A DNA stretch of 64,000 nt from an uncultured Gemmatimonadales bacterium (GTDB lineage: Bacteria; Gemmatimonadota; Gemmatimonadetes; Gemmatimonadales; Gemmatimonadaceae), in NCBI GenBank assembly GCA_963851265.1, contig CAWKNZ010000002.1, positions 928,001-992,000 of the forward strand, given 5' to 3'. Shown here piece after piece: positions 10,277 to 20,123 of the stretch. The notes beneath the pieces are model-generated. The model was not told the DNA's origin and searched no databases. It was given only the letters and a program-made list of their open reading frames with translations. A program made the translations under genes and the position numbers. Numbering within the stretch: the stretch's first letter is position 1; every line of letters begins with the position of its first letter.

Positions 10277-12313
10277 ATGGCGACTCACCTCGATCCCGAG
10301 CCGGCGACGTTGCCCGGCCGTTCGCCCGCCCTGCCGGCGGAGCACGACCTCTCAGCGATCGTCGTCGGTGGCGCGCCCGAAGCGGACGCGTGGACGATCG
10401 AGGACGCGCGCGCCCTCTACAACGTGGAAGGGTGGGGCGCGGGCTATTTCGACGTGAACGAACGCGGACGCGTGGTCGTGCGGCCGGACCGCGACCGGCC
10501 GGAGCTCGAACTCGACCTGCTCGACTTCGCGCGCGACCTCGAGGAGCAGGGCGTCGCGCTTCCGGTCCTGCTTCGGTTCAGCGACATCCTCCGCTCGCGC
10601 ATCTCGCAGCTCAGCGAGCGCTTTCAGGCCGCGATGCGGGAGTACGAGTACGACGGCGGCTACACGACGGTCTACCCGGTCAAGGTGAACCAGCAGCGGC
10701 ACGTGGTCGAGGAGATCCTCGAGCACGGGCGCCCGTACGGCGTCGGGCTCGAGTGCGGCTCCAAGCCCGAGTTGCAGGCCGTCCTCGCCGTCTCGGAGGA
10801 CGCGGACCACCTCATCGTCTGCAACGGGTACAAGGACCACGAGTTCATGCGCCTCGCGCTCATGGGGCAGAAGGTCGGACACGAGGTGTTCCTCGTGATC
10901 GAGCAGCTCTCCGAGCTGGACGTGCTGCTCGAGGTCGCGGCGGAGCTGGACGTGCGACCGACGGTGGGCGTGCGCGTGAAGCTCGCGACCGAGAGCGCGG
11001 GGCGTTGGGCGCAGAGCGCTGGCGAGAAGAGCAAGTTCGGGCTCAACCCCTCGCAGCTCGTCAAGCTCATCGACCGCCTGCGTGACGCCGGGCAGCTCGA
11101 CATCCTCAAGCTCGTTCACTTCCACCTCGGCTCGCAGATCCCCGACATCCGGTTCATCAAGTCCGGGCTGCAGGAGGTCGCGCGCTTCTACGTCGAACTG
11201 CGCAAGATGGGCGTGGAGCTGTCGCACGTCGACGTGGGTGGCGGGCTCGGCGTTGACTACGACGGGACCGGTTCCTCGCAGAGCAACGCGAGCGTGAACT
11301 ACTCGCTGCAGGAATACGCGAACGACGTCGTGTACACGATGGCGGAGGCGTGCCGCGAGGCGGAGGTGCCGATGCCGCACCTGATCTCGGAGAGCGGGCG
11401 CGCGCTGACGGCCCACCACGCGATGCTGCTGCTCAAGGTGATCGACGTGGAAAGCCAGGCCGAGCCGCCGGTGCCCACGCTCACCGACGACGATCACGGC
11501 ATCCTGCACGAGATGATCGACGACTTCGCGCTGCTGCGTGGGGAGGGCGGCGGGCGCCCGCTGACGCCGCACAAGGTCATGGCGATCTACCACGACGCGA
11601 GCTTCGCGAAGGACCGCTCGCGCCAGCTCTTCAACAGCGGCGTGCTCGACCTGCGCGGTCTCGCGCTGGCCGAGCAGATCTACTTCGCCGTGATCAACCG
11701 CATCGCGGCGATCGTGAACGCCGACCCCGAGGAGTACGAGGAGATCCACAAGGAGCTCGACGCGACGCTCGTGGACCGCTACTTCTGCAACTTCTCGCTC
11801 TTCCAGTCGCTGCCCGACAACTGGGCGATCGACCAGCTCTTCCCGATCATGCCGGTGCACCGGCTCGACGAGCGTCCGACGCGGTTAGGCACACTGCAGG
11901 ACGTGACGTGCGATTCGGACGGCAAGATCGACCGATTCGTCGGTGACCGCACCGGCCGTCCGTCGCTCGAACTGCACGAATTCCGCGACGACGAGGAGTA
12001 CGTCCTGGGCATCTTCCTCACCGGGGCCTACCAGGAGATCCTCGGCGACCTGCACAACCTCTTCGGCGACACCAACGCGGTGCACGTCAAGCTGACCGAG
12101 CGCGGCGCCGAGATCACGGACCTCGTACACGGCGACACCGTGACCGAGGTGCTCAACTACGTACAGTTCCACGCGCCCTCGCTCCTCACGACGTGGCGTC
12201 GGAAGGTGACCGCGGCCAAGTCGCTCTCGCGCAGCGAGGCCAACCAGTTCGTCGCGGATTACGTGGCCGGCCTCGACGGGTACACCTACCTCGAAGGCGA
12301 GGCCGCGCGGTGA
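10277..12313 (+). CDS. speA: Biosynthetic arginine decarboxylase
   Basis: YPVKVNQ (PLP Lys), GLECGSKPEL, HFHLGSQI, DVGGGLGVDYDG, NFSLFQSLPD, TCDSDG, GAYQEILGDLHNLFG. Confidence 0.95.
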   Translation: MATHLDPEPATLPGRSPALPAEHDLSAIVVGGAPEADAWTIEDARALYNVEGWGAGYFDVNERGRVVVRPDRDRPELELDLLDFARDLEEQGVALPVLLRFSDILRSRISQLSERFQAAMREYEYDGGYTTVYPVKVNQQRHVVEEILEHGRPYGVGLECGSKPELQAVLAVSEDADHLIVCNGYKDHEFMRLALMGQKVGHEVFLVIEQLSELDVLLEVAAELDVRPTVGVRVKLATESAGRWAQSAGEKSKFGLNPSQLVKLIDRLRDAGQLDILKLVHFHLGSQIPDIRFIKSGLQEVARFYVELRKMGVELSHVDVGGGLGVDYDGTGSSQSNASVNYSLQEYANDVVYTMAEACREAEVPMPHLISESGRALTAHHAMLLLKVIDVESQAEPPVPTLTDDDHGILHEMIDDFALLRGEGGGRPLTPHKVMAIYHDASFAKDRSRQLFNSGVLDLRGLALAEQIYFAVINRIAAIVNADPEEYEEIHKELDATLVDRYFCNFSLFQSLPDNWAIDQLFPIMPVHRLDERPTRLGTLQDVTCDSDGKIDRFVGDRTGRPSLELHEFRDDEEYVLGIFLTGAYQEILGDLHNLFGDTNAVHVKLTERGAEITDLVHGDTVTEVLNYVQFHAPSLLTTWRRKVTAAKSLSRSEANQFVADYVAGLDGYTYLEGEAAR

Positions 12314-13065
12314 GCGAACAGACGGCGCCGGCCGCGCAGGCGAGCGCCGGCCCGGCCGCGCTCTGGGAGGACTTCATCGACGTGTTCGCGAGCCCGTCCG
12401 AGGTGTTCGAGCGGCGGCGCGGCGGCGCGTACGCGGGCGGCCTCACGCTGTACGGTGTCGTCGCGGCGCTGATCTTCGTCGCGTCGCGTTCGTTCTGGCA
12501 ACCGTACTTCGCACACCAGATGGAGTTGAGCCTCGCGGCGCAACAGGCCGCGGGGAAGCTGACGGCCGCCCAGGTCGAGCAGGCACGCGGGGCCTTCGCG
12601 GGGTTCGCCGGCGTCTTCACCTGGATCGTCGGCACGCTCGGTACGCCCTTCATCGTCATGTTCGTCGCCGTCCTGGTCCTCGGCGCCGCGCGCGTGATCG
12701 GGGTGCGCCTCTCGTACGGACAGTCGCTCGTCGTCGCGACGCTGGCGTACGTGCCGCGGCTGCTCGGGACCATCGCTGGCGCGGGCGTGCTGGCGGTCAA
12801 GGACCCCGCGACGCTCGCCCCGGGTGCGCTGCCGTCGAGCCCCGCCGCCCTGCTCGGCCCCGACGCGTCACAGGTTCTCGCTGCCCTGCTGGGTCGCCTC
12901 GACCCGTTCGTTCTCTGGGGTACGTTCCTGATCGCGATCGGCGTGGCCGTGCTCGGGCGCGCGCCGCGGAGCAAGGGCTTCACGGCCGCCGCACTCGTCT
13001 GGGGCGTCGCGACGCTGGGCGCGGTGCTGAGCGCGCTGCGTGCCGCGGCTGCCGCCAACCCGTAG
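12310..13065 (+). CDS. Yip1-domain membrane protein
   Basis: DVFASPSEVFE N-terminal motif, about 5 TM segments, LDPFVLW; GTGA overlap with speA. Confidence 0.7.
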   Translation: MSEQTAPAAQASAGPAALWEDFIDVFASPSEVFERRRGGAYAGGLTLYGVVAALIFVASRSFWQPYFAHQMELSLAAQQAAGKLTAAQVEQARGAFAGFAGVFTWIVGTLGTPFIVMFVAVLVLGAARVIGVRLSYGQSLVVATLAYVPRLLGTIAGAGVLAVKDPATLAPGALPSSPAALLGPDASQVLAALLGRLDPFVLWGTFLIAIGVAVLGRAPRSKGFTAAALVWGVATLGAVLSALRAAAAANP

Positions 13066-13084
13066 CGCGTTCGAGGCACCGGCG

Positions 13085-13142
13085 CGGTGAAGCGCGAAGC
13101 GGGGCGGCCGGATACCCGGCCGCCCCGCTTCGCGCTTCACCG
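13085..13142. terminator. Perfect 27-bp inverted repeat between convergent genes, probable bidirectional terminator
   Basis: CGGTGAAGCGCGAAGCGGGGCGGCCGG-ATAC-CCGGCCGCCCCGCTTCGCGCTTCACCG; no U-tract. Confidence 0.7.
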
Positions 13143-13162
13143 TTCGATGTGCCGGGCTCGGG

Positions 13163-13777
13163 TCAGGCCTGGCCGTAGCGCTTCGCGACCTCGCCCCAGT
13201 TGACCGTGTTCCACCACGCGTCGATGTAGTCGGGGCGGCGGTTCTGGTACTTCAGGTAATAGCTGTGCTCCCACACATCGAGGCCGAGCAGGACGGCGCT
13301 GGGACTCATACCATCCATCAGGGGGTTGTCCTGGTTAGGCGTGCTCGTGATGGCGAGCTTGTCACCCTGACGGACCAGCCACGCCCACCCCGAGCCGAAG
13401 CGCCCGACCGCGGCCGCCTTGAACTGATCGCGGAACGTGCCGAAATCGCCGAAGCTCGACCTGATGGCCGACCCGATCCCGTCGGCCGGTTCGCCGCCCG
13501 CGTTGGGGCCCATCAGCTGCCAGAACAGCGAGTGGTTCCAGTGGCCGCCGCCGTTGTTCCGGATCGGTCCGCGGACCGCCTCCGGGGCGGTGTTGAGGTT
13601 CGCGAGTAGTTGCTCGATCGACTGACCCGCCAGCTCGGGCGCCTTCTCGATCGCGGCGTTCAGGTTGGTGACGTACGCCTGGTGGTGCTTGTCGTGGTGG
13701 ATCGACATCGTCTGCGCGTCGATGTGCGGCTCGAGCGCGTCGGGCGAATAGGGAAGCGGCGGCAGCGTGAAGGCCAT
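13163..13777 (-). CDS. sodA: Mn/Fe superoxide dismutase (Mn-type signature)
   Basis: [34 protein letters not shown]. Confidence 0.93.
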   Translation of the reverse strand: MAFTLPPLPYSPDALEPHIDAQTMSIHHDKHHQAYVTNLNAAIEKAPELAGQSIEQLLANLNTAPEAVRGPIRNNGGGHWNHSLFWQLMGPNAGGEPADGIGSAIRSSFGDFGTFRDQFKAAAVGRFGSGWAWLVRQGDKLAITSTPNQDNPLMDGMSPSAVLLGLDVWEHSYYLKYQNRRPDYIDAWWNTVNWGEVAKRYGQA

Positions 13778-13823
13778 CGTAGCGATTCTCCGGAAGGGCG
13801 AAGGACAGTAGATCAGGTCGGTC

Positions 13824-14474
13824 TCAGCTCACTGTCGAGACGCGAGTTGCGCGCCGCGCGCGCCACCAACTCACGATGGCCGGGCTGACGGAGAGCAGAA
13901 CGATCGCGATGATGAGCAACTCCAGGTGCTTCGTCAGTGCCGGGAATCGCGAGCCGAGCACGTAGCCGGCGGCCAGCATGCCCCAGATCCACGCCACCCC
14001 GCCGATGACGCTGAAGGTCAGGAACGTGGGATACCGCATCCCGGCGCCGCCGGCCACGAGCGGCGCGAAGGTCCGGATGATCGGCATGAAACGCGCAAGC
14101 ACGACCGTCTTCGCGCCGTGGGTGGCGTAGAAGTCCGCCGCGCGCTGCAGGTGCTTCTTCTTGAACAGGAGTGAGTCGTCCCGGTTGAAGATGCGCGGAC
14201 CCGAAAGTCGCCCGATCCAGTAGTTGGTGTTGTCGCCGAGAATCGCCGCGGCGCTCAACGCCAGCCCCATCGTCGTGATGTCGAGGGGCAGGTGTTGCGG
14301 GCCGGGCGCGGCCAACAGGCCGGCGGTCACGAGCAGCGAGTCACCGGGGAGAAAGAACCCGAAGAACAGACCGGTTTCGGTGAAAATGATCGTGAAGAGC
14401 CCGACGTAGCCCGCCCATTGCACGAGGGCGGGAAGGTCACGGAGCCGGTCGAAGAAGTCGCCGAGGGAGGGCAT
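13824..14474 (-). CDS. DedA/VTT family membrane protein
   Basis: [30 protein letters not shown]. Confidence 0.92.
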   Translation of the reverse strand: MPSLGDFFDRLRDLPALVQWAGYVGLFTIIFTETGLFFGFFLPGDSLLVTAGLLAAPGPQHLPLDITTMGLALSAAAILGDNTNYWIGRLSGPRIFNRDDSLLFKKKHLQRAADFYATHGAKTVVLARFMPIIRTFAPLVAGGAGMRYPTFLTFSVIGGVAWIWGMLAAGYVLGSRFPALTKHLELLIIAIVLLSVSPAIVSWWRARRATRVSTVS

Positions 14475-14591
14475 GACGGAGATCAGAGACGGTCGGAACA
14501 GGGACGGCGGGGTGCAACCTCGCCCGCGCCGGACGACGGCGCAATCGGCGCGTCGTACGTCCGGCGCCCCGCGCGCCGCGGAGCCGGTCAC

Positions 14592-15767
14592 GTGACGGCG
14601 CCGGCAGCGCCGAACGGCCGCGCGTCGTCGGGCGCGGCGTCGGTGCACGACGCGGTCGTCGCGCTCGAGCAGCTGTTCCGGCCGCCGCCACGCCTTGCAG
14701 GGGGCCTGTTCGGGGCCGGGCTGTCAGCGCGCGGCGAACGCTGGTTCGAGCGTGTGGCGTATGCGGTGGTCGTGCTGTTCGCGCTCGCGTGGGCGTGGAG
14801 CATCGCGGAGGCGCGCGGTCGCCGCCTGCGGAGCGGAACGCACGATGTCGCGACCGTGGTCACGCCGGCCACGGCGAGCGTGACCGCGGCGCTGACGCAT
14901 GCCGACCGGCCGTCGACGGCGTACCTCACCGACGCGCTCATGAATCGACTGGCCACGTTGCGAGGTGCGAGTGGGAAGGTTCGCGTCGTCGTCCACGCGC
15001 CCGGCGAGCCGGTCGACGCGACCGCGCCGGCGGTGACCACTGCCGACGGAACGCCGTCGTCGGCGGTCGAACGTCTCGCACTGCGGATCGGCAACGCGAT
15101 CCGGCCAGTGGCCGACATCAACGTGTTGACGCTGACCCCGCTCAGTGCGCGGCGGCACGGGCGGATCGGGCTGTACTTCGTGGGAGCCTGGCCGACCGAG
15201 CGCGGCGCGTCGGCCGCGCGCGGCAACTACGCCCCACCGCGCGGGCTCTTGCAGGTCACGCCCGAGACGCAGGACACGCAGCTGTCCGACCACCTACGCC
15301 TGCGCGACTTCCTGACCCACGATCAGGCCGCCGTGTGGCCCAAGTACGTGGTCGTCGACCCGCGCATCATCGACAAGGACGAACTCGTCCTCGCCGACCT
15401 CGCCGCGCGCGGCATCCCGGCCCGTGGTCTGCACGTGTTGAGTGGCTTTCGGACGCCGCAGTACAACGCGGCCGGTGGTGATCCCACCGGGCGTGCGGGC
15501 CTGAGCCGCCACATGTACGGCGACGCGACCGACATCTGGATCGACAATACGGGGGGCGGGCAGATGGACGACCTCAACCACGACGGGCGCCGGACCGTCG
15601 CCGACGCGCAGGTGATCTGCGACGCCGTCGAGCGGGTCGAGCAGGCGCACCCCGAACTCGTGGGCGGCTGTGGCGTCTATCCCGGTAACGGTGCGCACGG
15701 CCCCTTCACTCACATCGACGCCCGCGGGTACCGTGCCCGCTGGACCGGCTCAGGAGACGGCGGATGA
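14592..15767 (+). CDS. Membrane-anchored peptidase M15A/YcbK-like Zn peptidase
   Basis: N-terminal TM helix; SGFRTPQYN, SRHMYGDATD and FTHIDARG give the H-D-H zinc ligands; start uncertain. Confidence 0.72.
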   Translation: MTAPAAPNGRASSGAASVHDAVVALEQLFRPPPRLAGGLFGAGLSARGERWFERVAYAVVVLFALAWAWSIAEARGRRLRSGTHDVATVVTPATASVTAALTHADRPSTAYLTDALMNRLATLRGASGKVRVVVHAPGEPVDATAPAVTTADGTPSSAVERLALRIGNAIRPVADINVLTLTPLSARRHGRIGLYFVGAWPTERGASAARGNYAPPRGLLQVTPETQDTQLSDHLRLRDFLTHDQAAVWPKYVVVDPRIIDKDELVLADLAARGIPARGLHVLSGFRTPQYNAAGGDPTGRAGLSRHMYGDATDIWIDNTGGGQMDDLNHDGRRTVADAQVICDAVERVEQAHPELVGGCGVYPGNGAHGPFTHIDARGYRARWTGSGDGG

Positions 15768-16363
15768 CCGAGATCACGACTGCCCCCACGACCGAGCGCT
15801 CGGGCGCGCGCGGCGAGGCGCCCGACGCGCTGCCCACGGCCGATATGGGCGCGGACGACGCGCGCGGGTCCGGCCGCGACCCGCGCGGCCGCGACGCGTC
15901 CGGCCGCGACGCGACCGGCCGTGACGCCGCAGCCCGCGATGCCCAGCGCCGCGGCCTCGACCCGTTGTTCGGCGTTCGCACTGCCGACATCGAGCCGTAC
16001 ACGGGCCTGCGCTACCTCTCGAAGCTGTTCCGGATGATCGCGGTCGTGCTCGTCCTGCTGCTGATCGCCGAGGTGGTGACCGGGCTGATCACGCAGGGCA
16101 CCGATTCGATCTCGACTCTGCTCGCCGAGGTGAGCCGGCTCATCGTGCTCGCGGGCGCCCTCTGGGGCGTCGGCGACCTGGCGATCCTGCTCATCGACGT
16201 GGGGCACGACGTGCGTGCCGCCCGCATCCTGATCGGCCGACAGACGGCGCACCTGTCGCACCACCCGCACGAGGGGCAGGTCGCAGGTCCGCTGGCCACC
16301 GCTCCGGTCACGATGCCGGTCGCCGTGCCGGTGCGCGAGCCGCGCGTCACGCCGCGCACCTGA
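15764..16363 (+). CDS. Hypothetical two-TM membrane protein
   Basis: ATGA overlap with the peptidase; two hydrophobic helices then LLIDVGHDVRAARI. Confidence 0.7.
   Translation: MTEITTAPTTERSGARGEAPDALPTADMGADDARGSGRDPRGRDASGRDATGRDAAARDAQRRGLDPLFGVRTADIEPYTGLRYLSKLFRMIAVVLVLLLIAEVVTGLITQGTDSISTLLAEVSRLIVLAGALWGVGDLAILLIDVGHDVRAARILIGRQTAHLSHHPHEGQVAGPLATAPVTMPVAVPVREPRVTPRT
15870..15942 (+). repeat. Degenerate 15-bp in-frame tandem repeat
   Basis: About 5 units around GGCCGCGAC, encoding GRDPR-GRDAS-GRDAT-GRDAA-ARDA. Confidence 0.75.
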
Positions 16364-16400
16364 CGCGCGCGCCGCGGGCGTGTTGGTGTTAGGCGCGGGC

Positions 16401-19247
16401 GTGCCGCCTCCGCCGGACGTCCTCGTTCTGCCGCATACGCACTGGGACCGCGAGTGGTACCACCTGGCGGGCCGCTTTCGGCAGCGCCTCGTCGCGCTCG
16501 TCGACGAGGCGCTCGACCCGTCGGAGGGCGACTCGCCTCGGAACGACGCCGCGACGGGCGAGCCCGCGACGCGCGACACCGCTGACGACGCAGGAGCCGG
16601 CGCGCCGTTCCTGCTCGACGGACAGAGCGTCGTACTCGACGACTACCTCGCCGTCCGACCAGAGCGACGCGACGTGCTGGCCCGGGCCCTGGCCGCCGGG
16701 CGCGTCGAGGCAGGGCCGTGGTACGTCCTCGCGGACGGCTTGATCCCCGGCGGCGAGTCCCACGTCCGGAACCTGCTCGCGGGGCGGCGCACCATCGCCC
16801 GACTCGGCGCGACGCCGCCGCCGGTGCTCTACGCGCCCGACGCGTTCGGACACCCGGCCGCGTTCCCGACGCTCGCCCGCGGATTCGGCTTCGACGTCGC
16901 GATCGTCTGGCGCGGTTACGGCGGCGCGCGCTGGCCGGCCGGTGACGCCGCGTGGTGGATGGGCGACGACGGCAGCCGGGTGCTGTTGTATCACCTACCG
17001 CCGGACGGGTACGAAGTCGGCTCGCGACTCCCGCCCACGCTCCCGGCGGCGCGCGAACGGTGGGCCGCGCTCGCCGCGACCCTGGTTCCCCGGGCCCGTC
17101 TCGGTGTCGTGCTCGTGCCGAACGGCGCGGACCACCACGCGCGGCAGGAACGGTGGGGCGAGGCGGTCGATGCGCTCAGGCGCGCGGCCGAGCCGGCGCG
17201 CGTCGACGTGGTGTCGTTGCGAACGTTCGCGGCGCGTGTGCGCGAGGCCGCGGACGCGCGACCGCTCGCGACGGTCGCGGGCGAGTTGCGCGATTCGTAC
17301 GGGTACACGTGGACTCTGCAGGGCACGTTCGGCACGCGCGCGGCGCAGAAGCGCCGGGCGGCATCGGGCGAGCGCGCGCTCGTACGCGACGTCGAGCCGT
17401 GGATGGCACTCGCCACACTGGGGCGCCCGACCGCGGTGGACGGCGCGGACGGCACCCGCCGCGCGTTACTCGACGCGGCGTGGCGCGACCTTCTGCTGTG
17501 CCAACCGCACGACACGCTTTGTGGCTGCTCCATCGACGGCGTGGCGCGCGCGATGGACGGGCGCCTCGCCGAGGTCGCGTCGCAGGGCGACGGTCTCCGC
17601 CGCGAAGCGCTCGACACGCTCGTCGGCCACGACGTCGTCCGCGCGCGTGGCCTGCGCACGCTCTGGCGCCCGCACGTGCTCGTCCGGAATCGCACGCCGC
17701 GGGCGCGCGGCGGCGTCGCGGAATTGAGCGTCGCGACCCTCGTCCGCGACGTGGGGGTCGGGCCCGGCTCGGCCGGCACGTGGCGCACCGTCCGCGCACC
17801 CGGCGCGCCGGTCGCGCTGACGCTAGGTATCGGCGGCGCGCCCGTCGCACTCCAGGTGCTCGGTCGCACGCTCGCGCACGAACGGGTCGAGTCGCCGCGG
17901 CACTATCCTGACGACGACCTCGTCGAGATCGCGCGCGCGCTCGCGTGGGTGCCGCCGGTCCCAGGGTACGGAATCGCCGCCCTCGCGGCTACGCCCCCAC
18001 GGGCCGGCGATTCCGCCGAGCGTCGGCCCGAGGCGCGAGACGCCGGCCCTCCGACGCCGGTGCGCACCGCCGACGGCCGGCTCGACAACGGACGCGTGCA
18101 GATCGGCGTCGACGCGCGCGGTCGCGTGTCGCTGCACGACATCGCGACCGGACACACGATCGATGACGTGATCGGCTTCGAGGATGTGGGCGATGCGGGC
18201 GACCTCTACACGCACAGCCCAATCGGCAACGTGCTCACGTTCGCGCGGTGCGTCGGCGTGCAGACGGTCGCGCGCGGCCCGCTGCGCGCGACCGTCGAGG
18301 TGCGCTTCGAGTTTCGCGTGCCCGAGGGACTCGCGCCCGATCCCGACGACGTGCTCTCGCGTCCGACACGCCGCGGCGGCCGCGCCGTGAACGTTCCGCT
18401 CACCCTAAGCCTCAGCCTCGACGCCGGCGCGCCATTCGTGCGCGTGCGCGTCACGGGGAACAATCGCGCGCGTGACCACCGGCTGCGCCTCACGATTCGC
18501 ACCGGGCTGGCCGACGCCCGCGTCGTGGCCGACGCGGCCTTCGGGCCCGTCACGCGCGCGCCGCTCGACGTTCCACCCGCCGACCGTGTGGCGGAGCGAC
18601 CCACCCCGACCGCGCCGTTGCACCGATACGTCTCGCTCTACTCGGGCGCGTGCGGCGCGACCGTGGTGGCCGATGGACTTGCCGAGTACGAGGCCACCGA
18701 GGACGGGGTGGTGGCCGTGACGCTCGTTCGCGCCGTGGGCGAGCTCTCACGTCCCGATCTTCCCGAACGGCCCGGGCACGCGGGGTGGCCCGCGCACACG
18801 CCCGAGGCGCAGTGCGCCGGTCCGTTCGAGGCCACGTTCGGCGTCGCGCTCCACGGGCCCGATTCCGACGACGCGCGCGCGCACGTCGAGCGCCTCGTCG
18901 ACGACGTCCTGCTGCCGCTCGCGGGCGAGACGATCCGCTCCGCGCTGCACCCGCCGGTGAGCGAGGCCGCCTTGGAGTTGTGTGGCGACGCGTTCGCGTT
19001 CGGCGCGGCCAAACCCGCGGAATGCGGCGATGGGTGGATCGCGCTGCGGGCGATCAACGTCACCGCCGCGGCACAGCGCGGCGCGTGGCGCATCACGGCG
19101 TCCGACGGAAGGCGCGTGCGTGAGGCGCTGCGCGCGCGCCTCGACGAAACGCCCGCCGACGCGCTCGCCGTCGCGCGCGACGGCGACGTGGCAGTGATCG
19201 AGTTCGACGCCGGACCGCGCGAGGCGGTGACGATCGTCGTGCGCTGA
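16401..19247 (+). CDS. Glycoside hydrolase family 38 (alpha-mannosidase/MngB-like)
   Basis: PHTHWDREWY, FLLDGQ, GPWYVLAD, PDAFGH, NGADH, QPHDTLCGCSID; alternative GTG start at 16380. Confidence 0.9.
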   Translation: MPPPPDVLVLPHTHWDREWYHLAGRFRQRLVALVDEALDPSEGDSPRNDAATGEPATRDTADDAGAGAPFLLDGQSVVLDDYLAVRPERRDVLARALAAGRVEAGPWYVLADGLIPGGESHVRNLLAGRRTIARLGATPPPVLYAPDAFGHPAAFPTLARGFGFDVAIVWRGYGGARWPAGDAAWWMGDDGSRVLLYHLPPDGYEVGSRLPPTLPAARERWAALAATLVPRARLGVVLVPNGADHHARQERWGEAVDALRRAAEPARVDVVSLRTFAARVREAADARPLATVAGELRDSYGYTWTLQGTFGTRAAQKRRAASGERALVRDVEPWMALATLGRPTAVDGADGTRRALLDAAWRDLLLCQPHDTLCGCSIDGVARAMDGRLAEVASQGDGLRREALDTLVGHDVVRARGLRTLWRPHVLVRNRTPRARGGVAELSVATLVRDVGVGPGSAGTWRTVRAPGAPVALTLGIGGAPVALQVLGRTLAHERVESPRHYPDDDLVEIARALAWVPPVPGYGIAALAATPPRAGDSAERRPEARDAGPPTPVRTADGRLDNGRVQIGVDARGRVSLHDIATGHTIDDVIGFEDVGDAGDLYTHSPIGNVLTFARCVGVQTVARGPLRATVEVRFEFRVPEGLAPDPDDVLSRPTRRGGRAVNVPLTLSLSLDAGAPFVRVRVTGNNRARDHRLRLTIRTGLADARVVADAAFGPVTRAPLDVPPADRVAERPTPTAPLHRYVSLYSGACGATVVADGLAEYEATEDGVVAVTLVRAVGELSRPDLPERPGHAGWPAHTPEAQCAGPFEATFGVALHGPDSDDARAHVERLVDDVLLPLAGETIRSALHPPVSEAALELCGDAFAFGAAKPAECGDGWIALRAINVTAAAQRGAWRITASDGRRVREALRARLDETPADALAVARDGDVAVIEFDAGPREAVTIVVR

Positions 19248-19253
19248 GCGACC

Positions 19254-20123
19254 TCACGAGTCGCGACGGTGCTCCTGCAGCACGTCGCCGATCTGCGTAC
19301 ACGCGAGAACCGTCACGACGAGCAGCAGGCCGGGTACCAACGACACCCACGGCGCGACGATCAGCAGGTCGCGCCCGCCGGCGATGAGGTTGCCCCAACT
19401 CGGCGCCGGCGGCTGCACGCCGAGCCCGAGGAACGAGAGCCCGCTTTCGAGCAGCACCGCGTTGCCCACGCCGAGCGCCGTCGCGACCACCGCGGCGCCA
19501 AGCGCGTTCGGCACCACATGCCGCCAGAGGACGCGCGCCGGTGCCGCGCCGAGCGCGGCCGCGGCGGTCACGTACTCGGCGCGCACCACGCCGAGCGCCT
19601 CGGCGCGCACGAGCCGCGCGACGCCCATCCACCCGGTGAGCGCGAGCACCGCGACGGTCGTTCGGACCCCGGGGCCCCAGAGCGCGGCCACGACGAGCAG
19701 GAGCACGATGCGCGGGACGGCGAGTAGCACGTCCGCGACGGCGGTCACGGCGCGATCCGCCACGCCGCCGCGCCACGCCGCCGCGGCGCCTAACACCGTG
19801 CCCAACACCCCGGACAAGACCGACCCGCCGACGCCCACCGCGAGCGACAGCCGCGCCGCGGCGAGCGCCCTCACGAGGAGGTCGCGGCCGAACGCGTCGG
19901 TGCCGAGCGGGTGCCAGAGCCCGAGCGCGTCACGCGCGCCGGGCGGCACGAGTCGGCGCGCGAGCACGTCCCCGATCCCCTGCGCGTCGGCCGGGGCGAG
20001 CACCGGTACGACGAGCGCGGCCGCCGCGAGCACGCCGAGTGCGGTGGCCGGCCACGCGATCGCCCGGATCCGACGCGTCCGCACGCGCGGTTCCGCCCCC
20101 GCGCGGCCGTCATCGACGCGCAT
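19254..20123 (-). CDS. Peptide/nickel-type ABC permease (OppC/DppC-like)
   Basis: HPLGTDAFGRD, EYVTAAAALGA loop, LSFLGLGVQPPAPSWG. Confidence 0.9.
   Translation of the reverse strand: MRVDDGRAGAEPRVRTRRIRAIAWPATALGVLAAAALVVPVLAPADAQGIGDVLARRLVPPGARDALGLWHPLGTDAFGRDLLVRALAAARLSLAVGVGGSVLSGVLGTVLGAAAAWRGGVADRAVTAVADVLLAVPRIVLLLVVAALWGPGVRTTVAVLALTGWMGVARLVRAEALGVVRAEYVTAAAALGAAPARVLWRHVVPNALGAAVVATALGVGNAVLLESGLSFLGLGVQPPAPSWGNLIAGGRDLLIVAPWVSLVPGLLLVVTVLACTQIGDVLQEHRRDS

Noticed and set aside
15870..15942. Short repeats as a possible CRISPR array
   Set aside because: In-frame 15-bp degenerate units, no unique spacers and no cas genes.
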